Source: Hemiscyllium ocellatum
Lineage: Eukaryota
Length of the DNA stretch: 64,000 nucleotides
NCBI RefSeq assembly: GCF_020745735.1
Contig: NC_083446.1
Coordinates: 20,748,068 to 20,812,067, forward strand
Reading direction: 5' to 3'
In this document: in pieces, positions 25,451 through 36,180 of the stretch
Numbering within the stretch: position 1 is the first letter of the stretch
Layout: every line of letters starts with the position of its first letter
Notes under the pieces: model-generated
What the model was told of the DNA's origin: nothing
Database searches by the model: none
What the model saw: only the letters and a program-made list of their open reading frames with translations
Position numbers and translations under genes: made by a program

Positions 25451-25749
25451 ACCTTAAACACAGAAGTTAGGAGGGAAAGATCAAAGCGTTGTACAACTCA
25501 TGCACATGAATTGCCCACGCACCTAAGATAGTTCTTAAGTACTTAATCAGTTACAATGGAGGTGCGAGTTTGATTGAATAATATGGAAATCGCAGAATTT
25601 ATTTCAAGTCGTTGTCTGGAGATACCTTCAGGGACTATCGATGCAAATGAAGTAACACTTGCGGTCAATGTATTCTTAGCGTGAGGCCACGTTTGGATGC
25701 TGTCTGTCCCTTGACCAGGAGTCAGACAGGTTTTATTTCCAAAGTAGGA

Positions 25750-26060
25750 GTAGCGTGTGTGTGCATGTGTGAGAGAGGTGGCGTGTCTGTGTTTAGGGCA
25801 GAGAGAAAGAGCAAGAGAGAGAGACTGTTTGTATGTGAGAGAGAGTGAGGTGGAGTGTGCGTATGAGTGCGGGAGGGAGAGAGAGAGGCTGTGTTTGCAT
25901 GCATGTGCGAAAGAGTGCAGTGCGCGTGTGGAACGTGAGAAAGGGTGTGTGTGAATGTGTGTGAGGGGTGGATAGGGAGAGTGTGCACCATTGTATGTAA
26001 CGGGGAGAGTGAGAGTGTGTACTTGTCTAGGCTCAGATACAGACAGCTACGGATGATCAC
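25750..26060. repeat. Degenerate (TG)n/(GA)n simple-repeat tract
   Basis: Mixed GTGT/GAGA runs that generate Cys/Glu/Arg and His/Thr/Ser pseudo-ORFs. Confidence 0.8.
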
Positions 26061-26989
26061 TTTCCCGACACGCACTCACTCCGTGGTTTCAGAGCTTCCC
26101 CTCTCTGCAGCCTCTGGTACATTTGTTTTTCATGTTACAGACGCAGAAGCTGTAACTACAGTCCGTATGCTCCATCCAGAGTTTAGTCACCAACTCCTCA
26201 GGTCTACTTGAATGTCTGAGGCAGCTCACAGCACAACCTCCAGCAAACCATCCCCAGCAGCTCCACTAACGTTTCAAAACAGCGGTCAGTCACAAGCCCC
26301 TCAACTACAAGTTAGATAGCTGATCCTTGACAATTGCACTCAAGGATCTTCCTCGTGTTACTGACAGCACAATCAGCTGAGCGAGACAAACAGAGGCGTT
26401 CCACGAGCAAGCGTATAGCAACTTTCAAACACGTGAGTCAGAGCTGCTAGAACACTCCTGTCCATGGAGAACGACATGGGACACATCGGGATGTGAACAA
26501 CAGCCTGACACACTCCATTGCCATGTTTCTCAGGTTCACAATGTCAGCACCTGATATACGAGGTAGTCAAAAGCCAAAGCCTCGGAAAGATACAGAAAAA
26601 AAAACCAAATGATTAATTAACTGATAACTTGGTGAAAATGTGGATAAGGAGATGGAGGGATTGGAATAACTGGATAAGTGAGACAGCAGTGGGCCCAGTC
26701 ACAAAAATGCACACATTGAATAAAAACATTGTCAGATCAGCTCGAATGGTCCATTGCCTCAAAGTTTGCATTTTCTTCACAGAACCAGCCCAGACATCAT
26801 AAACTGGGGAAAGGTAACACCTAAGATGGAGAGATGTGCAGACATTGCTAGTGGACTATTCCATAAACTGGACTATTTGCATAGCATGGGGAACATTGCA
26901 AATTTTGCCAGGATATTTCAACCCTCTACCACCAAACTCGGTCTCGGACCTTTGAGCTAATTTTGTATCCAAATAGCTAGTTCTCCATG

Positions 26990-28420
26990 TATTTCATATG
27001 AACCAGAATTGTGAAACAGGTAACCATGCACAATGTTGTGCAACGCCTGACTGATGTCCATATCGACCATGTACACCTCTAAACCTCAATTAACCTTCTT
27101 AGTCGCTTCTTCAAAGACATCTGTCAGGTCAGTGAGACACAATATTGCCTGCTCAAAACCATGTTGACTATCCCTAATCAGTCATTACCTTTCAAAAAGC
27201 GTGAAAATCCAATACTTTGTAATCCTCTCCAACAACTTACCCACCCCTGATGTCAGGTTGACAAGCTTTTCCTTATTACCCTTCTTAAATCCTTTAAGTC
27301 AAGGCACCACGTTAGCCAACCTCCAGTCTTCCAGCACTTTACCTGTGGCTATTGATGATAGCAAGGGGCCAAGCGATCATTTCCTTAGCTTCCCACAGAG
27401 TTTAGCATGCTTCTAATAAAAGCCAATACATTTTCCTCACTGTTTTAAGAACTCCAGCAGCTCCTCTGCAATGCAGGCACACTCCAAGACGTCACGAACT
27501 ATTTCCCAAATTCTCTAGCTTCCATATCCTTCTGCACACTAAATGTTGATACAAAATATTCGTTCAGTACCTCCCTCATTTCCTGTGGTTCTGCAGATGG
27601 GCAGTCTTGCTGATCTTTTAGGATGTCCTATTCTCTCCACAGTTGCTCCTTTGTATTTGACGTATTTGTAGAATGCATTTGGAATCTCCTTAACTCTATT
27701 TAAAGCTATCACAAGTACCCTTTTAATGCTCCCAATTTACCACTTAAATATTTTCTTGCTGACTTCAGACTCTTCTAGCAATTCAATTTAAATCAGGAAT
27801 TAAGAGGCTAATTATGACTATTCTGATTATCGGAAAAATTCATCTGGTTCACTGAGACCTTTTAAGGAAACAAACTGCCATCCTTACCTTGTCTGGACAA
27901 CATGTGAATCCAGACTCACAGCAATGTGGTTGACTGTTAATTGCCCTTTGAGTAATAGTTGCTTGCCTACCCAAGGACGCCCTCATCGTGTAAATGAATT
28001 AAGAAAAAAACTCAACTCCTGCTGTCTATACCTGACATAACCTTACTTCTTAACCCTGGCCAGAACCTCAATTTCTCCAATATTCCAGAATTCCTTACAC
28101 GTACCAGCATTACTCTTCACCCTAAACGGGACACAATGCCTCCTGCCGTCTCATTTTCGAAGGCTTCTCTCTTCTCAACTGACCCCCTGCTCTGCGAATA
28201 TCTGCCCAAATCGACTGTGGACAATTCTTGATTAATATCATTAAAATTGGCTTTTCAACAATTTAGAACTTGAAGTTTTAGACCTGGTTCATCGTTTTCC
28301 ATCTCTATTTTGAAACTAACAGAATTATGATGACTAACCATAAAGTGCTCCCCCACTGATACCTCAACCATCCACGCACCACTGCCTTATTTCTCAAGGG
28401 TAAGGTGACGTTTAGCACCT
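26990..28420 (-). mobile_element. CR1 ORF2 fragment split by the SINE at 27790
   Basis: Antisense QHGFEQAI, GNYRPVSL-like (AAGCTTGTCAACCTGACATCAG) and linker motifs. Confidence 0.7.
27790..28010 (+). mobile_element. Second-family SINE 3' part inserted in a CR1
   Basis: CATCTGGTTCACTGAGACC...CCTTACCTTGTCTGGACAACATGTGAATCCAGACTCACAGCAATGTGGTTGACTG...GAATTAAGAAAAAAA. Confidence 0.65.
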
Positions 28421-28699
28421 TCCCTGTGATGGGGTGCATTGGACAAGTAGCTGCTGCTTTGTAACTGGTTATGGGGTCAGCAGAGTCTTCGACTCATTTT
28501 GGTTGATTCTAACAATAATTTGTCTCAGTGACATTTTTATTGAGTGTGACAGAGGGATTGTCTGCACGAGGCTGAGCTAGTTTCCTGGTGCAATCGTATC
28601 GAATGCACCTAAATAACTACCCCGCTACCCCATGGTATCCCTCTCATTCAATGCCAGTCCAATTTTCCCACCCATCATGGCTGGAAGTACTCACCATCA

Positions 28700-29540
28700 C
28701 CCAGATACAACTGGATATTCCGTGATCCCTGAAAATGGTGCCGTCTTTAAAAGGCTAATGGGCACACGGTTGAGATTTCTCAGTTTGGAGCAGCCATGCA
28801 GGGTTTACCCCGAGCATGGCAGGTAAGGAGCAATTGCACCGTATTATTCTGTTCCTAGAGGGGGCCACACTACCAGATCCACTAAGCATGGTCTGAGGTC
28901 TGATGAAATGTCCAGTATACAGGACAAGCATCAATAACCTTCACCGCTCTGTCAGGATAAGTGATTTCGTGTTCTCTCTGCTGAATCACACTCACTGTAT
29001 ATCTGTAATAGTACCAACACACGAACAAGGCTCATGCTCCACCACTCTCACTGCTGCAAGCAGCACCTTCCTTCGCTCCTTCTATTTCCCCTCCACTATA
29101 TCTCTCTCACTAATAACACTGTTTGGATACAACACTATCGACTGAATCCCTCTGGACACATCACCCTCTCCACCCCGCCCCCCACCACCTACACCAGCAC
29201 GAACAGCAGGGGCCCCCCACTCCCACCTTCACTCCCTCCCTCTATTGTTTTGCATTCGAAGAGAAACAGCCTAGAATAGGTCAGAAAGGGACAAGCCCGT
29301 TGGTGGAGTGCCCGATATCCATCTCTCCCCCACCACCCGTACCTGTCTATCTGTTTTTGACTTTGTGAGTATCTAAATATAAGTGCAGGTCCGATCATCT
29401 CTGTTGTGCTCAAAATGAAATAATCTCTCCTTCAGCTGGCCTCCCCACCCTACTGCAGTGACAGCGGCAAAGAGTGACATCAATTGAGGATTCAGACTGG
29501 GAGGGAGAGAGAGTGAGAGAGCTCATAGCACGATCCAAAC
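28700..29540 (+). mobile_element. Degenerate PIF/Harbinger Myb/SANT-like ORF with intron remnants
   Basis: Frame-shifted motifs AWSEV (~28887), C..YRTSINNLHRSVR plus a degraded donor AGG|ATAAGT (28956), a C-rich intron, then EK.A*NRSERDKPVGGVPDIHL (~29261-29325). This resembles the QCRKKxNDL..AR / HNRRER..TGGGVPDI pattern as recalled from shark Harbinger-associated proteins. Confidence 0.5.
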
Positions 29541-29984
29541 TGACAGCATAATGAATTAATACACCCACACACACACACTTGCAGGCTTCCACACAAGATA
29601 CTGTTGGATGGAGTGTTGCAAATAAACTCAGGCCTGTCAGAATGGAAATGCTCATCTCTTGGTGAACCATTTTGTCAGGAGATGAAATCAATTGATTTCT
29701 CTTTCTGTGACTTGTAATGCTTAAAACTTGCGTGAGAAGTATTGAAAAGTCCTGAAAAAGGCCCAGTAGTGTTGCTAATGACGCAGGAACAACATTGCTC
29801 AGTATCGGATAAAACTGTTCTATGCTTCCATAGATATTATTGGAAAAATCAAACACCCGTGCAATTTGAGAGATTCATAGCAAAGGATTTATCTTCTATG
29901 AGAGTAAAAAACTCAGCCATTGAAGCAGTGGTGTGGGGAGGCCAGCAGAGGGTAGTACTGTTTGAATCTAATCACCAAACTCAG

Positions 29985-30792
29985 GCGAGCGTTGCTGCCT
30001 CATGGCGCCAGGCACCTGGCTCGATTCCACCCTCGGGCGATTGTCTGTGTGGAGTTTAACATTCTCCCTATGTCTGCGAGGTCATAGCAGAGCGATTTAA
30101 GGAACATCTCGAGAATGATCGCACCAATGAAACACACCGCCCTGTGGCACAACATTTCAACGCCCCCTCCCACTCTGCCGAGTACATGGAGGTTCTGGAC
30201 CTCCTTCACCGCCGCTCCCTCACCACTAGAGGCCTGGAGGAAGAACACCTCATCGTCCGCCATGGAACACTTCAACCCCGTGCATCAATGGGACTTCAAC
30301 AGTTTCCACATTTCCCCTTTCCCCACCTTACCCCAGTTCCAAACTTCCAGCTCAGCACTGTCCCCATGACCTGTCCTACCTGCCTATCTTCGTTTCCACC
30401 TATCCACTCCACCATCCCCCTTCCCCGGACCTATCACCTGCATCCCCTTCCCCACTCATCTATTGTACTATTCGCTACTATCCCCCCACCCCTACCCTCC
30501 TATCACTTATCTCTCCACCATTCAGGCTCTCTGTCTGTATTCCTGGTGAAGGGCTTTTACCCGAAACGTCGATTTTACTGCTCCTCGGAGGCTGCCTGAA
30601 CTGCTGTGCTCTTCCAGCAACAATAATCCCAAAAATTGTTCATAGTGCCCATGGATGTGTAGGTTAGGGCCTTTAGTCATGAGCAAATAGAATGGTATTT
30701 GAACGGGTCTGGTTGGCTAGTCTTCGAAGGGTTATTGTGGGTGTGTAGGGTCGAAGGGCCTGTTTCCACACTGTAGGAATTCTATGAACTCT
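29985..30792 (+). mobile_element. HE1-like SINE split by a Penelope fragment (SINE parts about 29985-30078 and 30643-30792)
   Basis: 5' half GCTGCCTCATGGCGCCAGG...TCGATTCCACCCTCGGGCGATTGTCTGTGTGGAGTTT...TGTCTGCG. 3' half GATGTGTAGGTTAGG...GAAGGGCCTGTTTCCACACTGTAGGAATTCTATG. Confidence 0.75.
30079..30635 (+). mobile_element. Penelope-like element 3' fragment (C-terminal part of GIY-YIG endonuclease plus UTR)
   Basis: Frame RFKEHLENDRTNETHRPVAQHFNAPSHSAEYMEVLDLLHRRSLTTRGLEEEHLIVRHGTLQP, followed by the GAAGGGCTTTTACCCGAAACGTCGATTTT...GCTGCCTGA..CTGCTGTGCT terminal motif. Confidence 0.75.
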
Positions 30793-30799
30793 GCAAATA

Positions 30800-31030
30800 A
30801 CAGAGACAGACAGAGAGAGAGGAGGGAGACTTTGTTTCCAATTTCAATATATTTATTTCAAAAACAATTTTTGCAAAGAGATGCAGACAGAGATACACAC
30901 AAACTGACATACTGACCCTAACACACATAACGTATGCACACAGAGATACGCACACAAATATGGACGTTTACACAGAAACACACGAACATAGCCCCAAATA
31001 CAGGACACACGGTGTTTAATACAGAGATAT
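30800..31030. repeat. CA/GA-rich low-complexity tract with recurring ACAGAGATAC words
   Basis: ACAGAGATAC/ACAGAGATAT recurs near 30888, 30941 and 31021. Confidence 0.55.
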
Positions 31031-31049
31031 ATACGTTTTTATTAATAAG

Positions 31050-32230
31050 TTATCAAAGGTCTGTCGGAGAAGGCACGAGAATGTGGCTGAGACAATATTG
31101 AAACCACGATCAAATGTCATTGCAGACGAGATGGCCGAATGGCCTAACTCTTCTCCAGGATTCATTGCTCAAATGATCTTGTGGTGACTAGAATTGTCTT
31201 TCTACGACGTCAGTGGAGGCTGAATTTTGTAAATATTTGATTCAGGAGAGTTAATGAGAATGTTGGCAGGTTTGAGGGGGTGAATGTTCGATATATATTC
31301 CTGTCAACTCCTTATATGTCAAAAGAGTGGTGATTCGTTTGAGGGGAACTCATTTTGAGAATAAGGACCTTCCCATTTCTGACTGCGACGTGGATGTTCC
31401 TTTCTCTTTCGGGTTGTATGATCTGTGGTGTTCTCTTGCCGAAGTAGCAAGGTTCAGTTCCATAGATCTTTGATGAACAAGAGAATCACATTTATTAGGA
31501 ACTGACGGGAAGGGCATGTTTAGATACAATCACATCAGCAATGCACATTTTGAATGGTGCAGCCGGCTGAATGGCCAGCTCTTGCCCCTAACGCATATGT
31601 TGTTCTCTCAACCACTCAGTAATGTTACAGAGATAAGGAAGGATCCTGTTCAGCCAGTTAGCATCGTTATAATCAGACAAGCGGAGTCCATTCAGCCCAC
31701 GAAGGATTTACACAGGAATAGATTGAAGTCATTCAGCCGGCTACGTGCATTACACAGTGTAGAATGAGGCCATCCTACCTTTTCTACCTGTTCCAGCAAC
31801 AGGGGAAACCTGGTAAACTATCAGGTAATAAACATTCAGGATAAATGTTTATATTCAGGTTGTAAAGTTGTAACTTGCCTCAGGGATCAGTGTGACATTA
31901 TCAACAATTTACAATCTGTACCAGTGACTTGGATGAGGTGACTGATTGGATTGGAGCCCAATTATTTCATTTACCAAGATAGTCACTGAACAGCGTATGG
32001 ACTTTCTGCAATGCGATACAGACAGGAAGTTAGTGAGCAAAGCTCTGCCAGAAAACAGTATAACAAGGGCGAAGAGAAGTCAGTGCTCAGAACAGATAAA
32101 TTAACAGTAACCTCCTTAAATGGAGAGAACATCACAGAACGCATTGGTACGGAGGGATGCGTGTGTCTTGGTACATGAGCCAAATAAACCTAGTCAGCAG
32201 ATTCAGCAAGTGATTAGTGAAGAGTATTGA
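31050..32230 (+). mobile_element. CR1 fragments (3' end about 31050-31330; RT about 31820-32230)
   Basis: GATGGCCGAATGGCCTAACTCTTCTCC tail; SGSV*HYQQFTICTSDLDE RT motif. Confidence 0.55.
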
Positions 32231-32429
32231 ATGATGCTGTTTCATGCAAAGGCTGTCGGATATAATCATCGTGATGTTTTACTGCATCTGTAACGACAAT
32301 GCTGAGACTACATCGAATGTATTGTATGTCGTTATGAACCCTGAAATTGAAAGAAAAAAATATGCAAATGTTTTAAAAGATTTTCTCAGATGCTTCACTG
32401 TACTCCTTGCTAGCATGAAGACCTGATAG

Positions 32430-32810
32430 AATCATAGTGTCATACAGCACGGAAACAGACCCTTCATTCCAGCTCATTTGCAACAACCAGATATTCCAAT
32501 CTGATGTAAAACCATTTGCCAACATTACGCCCATGACTCTCTAAACCCTTCTTATCCATAAACCCATCCATTGCCTCTTAAATGTTGTAATTGAACCAGC
32601 CTCCACCACTATCACTGCCAGCTCGCTACATACACACACTACCCTATGTATGGAAATTTTACAACACAGTCATCTTTTTCATATTGCACTCTCACTTTAA
32701 ATCTTTGCCCTCTGGTTTGGACTCCTATAGCGTTGGAATTTATCCCGCATCCATGCCTCTCATGGCCTCTACAAGGTCTGAGTTTTTCAGGTCTGAGAAT
32801 GACAGCTGGT
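32430..32810 (-). mobile_element. CR1 3' fragment
   Basis: Plus strand ATAGAATCATAG..CAGCACGGAAACAGACCCTTC is the reverse of the tail. Confidence 0.7.
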
Positions 32811-33472
32811 CATATTGATCCATATAAGACCCAAAGGAGGGAGTATTGGGACGTAGCTGGGGATTAGAGAATTAAACTAAGGATTGAATTTTCGAAAACA
32901 ACATAGTCGTTTTAACACATGTACCATGAAGACATGAATTTATTGTTCAAAAGTTATGCAAACACATATAAATATACCGTCAAATTATAAATTACAAATC
33001 ATTCCTAAATGGAGCAGGTAACAGGGATGGAGTAATCCAATCGGTAGAATGTACAACCAAACCTGACCTAGGTTGACGTTTGGGTCAAATAATTGCACAT
33101 TTCAGATCAGAGAGGGAGCAAATGCAACCTGTCGTAAAAGCAACCGTCTTTTCTTTGTCTCCACTTGTACTTCTCTATAGCAATATATGAGAGCGGAAAA
33201 CCAATCAGCCATCTTTAGCACTCTTTGAGGGTTCCTGTTGAGGATTCATTGGAATCTCTCCTCTGCCTGCAACAAAGGGAATTTAACCAAATCCAACTGT
33301 TCCAGGATGAAACCCCAGTGCTAGCAGCTTCTGTGAGGCAGAATCACTTCAGAGGCAGAATAACAATTGAAAATATCTCAATTTTGCTATTGTCACGAAA
33401 TTAACGGTTATTTGGACAAAGCTCTTTCGAATTAATATTCTGCAGAGTTTCTTTTTCTGTTTGCATTCACAC

Positions 33473-33509
33473 GTGTGTGTGTGTGTGTGTGTATGTATGT
33501 GTGTGTGTG
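33473..33509. repeat. (TG)n microsatellite, imperfect
   Basis: Direct reading. Confidence 0.9.
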
Positions 33510-33779
33510 CGTATTTTTGAGTCTCAGACGTATAGTAAAATAAATCTTGATGTACATATTGTCAATGTTCAAACTGTGTATCATTTATGTATCCATCGTA
33601 TTTCGAGTACCTTTGCTTTGGTTTTAGATTTTTTTTACAAATTTAAGAAACCTTTTTGACTGGTTCCTAACACTGAACCTGATATCATTTATCATATCAC
33701 ACACTTAGTTACACTGATAATTTGTCGTGACGTCGGGAGGAGTGGGACTAGAAAAAGAAGCAATGCCTCTCTAACCTCG

Positions 33780-34020
33780 GTAAGAACAGGGATCAGGAGA
33801 AATTCTCAAAAGGCCATTTGAGTGGGAACTTCTCCTCCCCAGAGGTTTGTGGTACCTGTGTGTTTGCATTTATTCAAAGGTGTGTTAGTTAAATATTTGA
33901 CGGGAAAGTGACTCGAGGACAGGAACTGCATATCGGAACGTGGGGCTGAGACCACAATCTGATCATCCACAACCCTCGTGCCTTGTGGGGCAGGGACCCA
34001 CTCTTGTGCCTCAGTTCTAC
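33780..34020 (+). mobile_element. CR1 3' UTR fragment
   Basis: AGGCCATTTGAGTGGGAACTTCTCCTCCCCAGAGG...GGGCTGAGACCACAATCTGATCA. Confidence 0.55.
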
Positions 34021-34559
34021 TTTGCCCCATTCCATTCAGCTCCTCAATCTGCTACTCAGGAGCAGTTGGAGACGACTTGCTCCTATTACCTGGTGCACAG
34101 AAACCGAGGTGAGCATTCCGTCCCTGAATGCATTCAACATGTTTTGGTGTGCATTGAACAGCATTCTTGGGGAAAAAAGAGTTGTTGTTACTGTGATACA
34201 GTCCCCTCGTCTCTCGTTACAGAAGTTCCCCTGTCTCCATTTATTTGTCATGTTGTTGACCCAGATTCACAGTGTGTAATGACACCATACTGTACCTAGA
34301 TATTGCTCACAAAATCCTCTGCTCTTTTTGGCTACATAGGACAGCCAGGAAAATAACAACGATGAACTTTCCAATAACAGAATTCAAGAACATGAGAAGC
34401 AGGATCGGTAATTCAGATCCTACTGCCTGTCTTTCCCTTCAACAGTTGATCTGCAGTATGCCCCAACTCCTGGTGTGCCAGCCGTGTCAAACATCCATCC
34501 ATCCCTGTCTTACCACTATCTCAATGATCTATCACGCCAACCTCTCTGGGATAGAGAAG

Positions 34560-35060
34560 TTCCGATGGTCACACCCCTATGTGAGAAGGAAACACGTCGC
34601 ACACAAACACCGTGACCTATTGACATGAACCAAAATATATTTTAAAAAGAACGATAATAGTGACTGGCCCTGACAACAAGGCAGTGTTTTACTGCGAATG
34701 GTTTCAAGGAACATGAAGAAAATAGAACTTAATGCAAATCAAGGGTAACCTCCACACCAGTTGGAGTGATTCAGCACAAAGAAGATGTTTGTGGTTCTTC
34801 GATATGTATCCCCTCAGTCTCGGGACATCTCTGCGGGAGATGGACAGCACAAGCATCCTCATTTGCGCCTCGGTGTCTTTCCCCCATCAGAATCTCAGAT
34901 GTGGAGTTGGTAACTGAAAAGCATGCAATGTTCAGAACAATGTGCCCCTCTCAGCTCCTGTAGCAGTCTGTGTCCATGTGCAGGAAGACCGGATAGCATT
35001 CTGTCTTGTGTTGTTGAAGTGTTGGTAACAGTCTTGTAACAGTCCTGCTGGAAACTATGC
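34560..35060 (+). mobile_element. L2/CR1-group LINE RT fragment (second LINE family; related piece about 48580-48960)
   Basis: GGACATCTCTGCGGGA.., GCAATGTTCAGAACAAT, GTCCATGTGCAGGAAGACC resemble the region around the RT catalytic motif. Confidence 0.45.
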
Positions 35061-35464
35061 ATTCCCAGAGTAAAGAGAGTGCTTATTCAGCACCTCAAGC
35101 TCACTTCACAGGAATATGAGGAGGTTATTCCGCCTATCAATGCTACTGGATAAGAATAGGGACAGCCCATTCATTCCCTCCTGACGAGGACACAGGAAGA
35201 TAAGGAGCCCAGTCAAACACATTGAGCTGCTAAACAGGAACCACGGGTTGCCCAGTCAGGATCTTGAGCGTCGCCCATAACATCAGGAGGTGGCCATTCA
35301 ACCGCTCAAGCGCCTTGTACACAAATAAGAGGATGTTATCTATGACCAAACATGACAAACCAATTAAAACAGAGACTGCATGGGTAGACTGCTCCATGTC
35401 GTTCCTTTTGGCTTCATTGCTAATGGTACACTATGGATCCATTAATGTGATTTGTTGACGGTGA

Positions 35465-35680
35465 TGAGGGAGAACGTCTCCGAGAAGGCAGTCCGATATT
35501 CCCTATGGAGGTCAGAAGCTGTTGAGAACAGCTAACATGATCAGGAGTTAGGCATTGCAGCTGCTGACAAATTTGTGAACACTGTGACTTTCAGTGCAGG
35601 GTCACATACCAACTGCACTTTGAGGCAATGAGAGTTCATTCAGAACCTGAAGCTCTCTCCCAACCAACATAGGAGCTTCA
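35465..35680 (-). mobile_element. PIF/Harbinger (HARBI1-like) DDE transposase fragment
   Basis: Minus strand SHCLKVQLVCD (VQLVCD at 35601-35618; cf. FHSLNVQLVCD), shifted F.SSCN (cf. FPGSCHD) and CLLGD (35476-35490; cf. WLLGD), in the expected order. Confidence 0.6.
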
Positions 35681-36180
35681 CAGAGGTACCTAAACCATCA
35701 AGAAGCACGTATCATGGAGAAAATGTAATTTCTTATGTCATCAATATCTTTCTCTGGGCATATTGTGCGTCCGCCCATAATGTTCAAGATTCAATGCAGT
35801 CAACTCTTATTCTCTCACCGTACTACAAGTAAAACATCCATTTCCTTCACACTCTATTCATGTTACGATCATCCCAGGGATTATTCTCATGAAACAGCTT
35901 TGCACTGCCACAGTGACAAAGAAATAATTGATTTATAATGGAGACAAATTCTGTCCACAATAGCCCAAACACTGCCTCAACAACATTCCACAATTCCAAC
36001 ACATGACTCATTTTGTAATAAAGGCTGGCATTTCATTTCCTGTTCTGATTAATGGATGCCCTGCATGAATTATGTTCGTGACGTGTAGCCAAGGTCATTC
36101 CGGTGCTTTTTGCCAAAAGGACTTCCCATCCTCGCATCTTCTAATAAATAAAACACGAAAATGAAAATATATGTTAACAA

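Noticed and set aside
25722-26075. His/Thr-rich and Cys/Glu/Arg-rich ORFs
   Set aside because: Translations of simple TG/GA repeats.
34268-35930. CACAGTG heptamers as possible RSSs (also near 18052, 39686, 60485)
   Set aside because: No ACAAAAACC-like nonamer at 12 or 22/23 spacing in those inspected, and no V/D/J segments were seen in the window.
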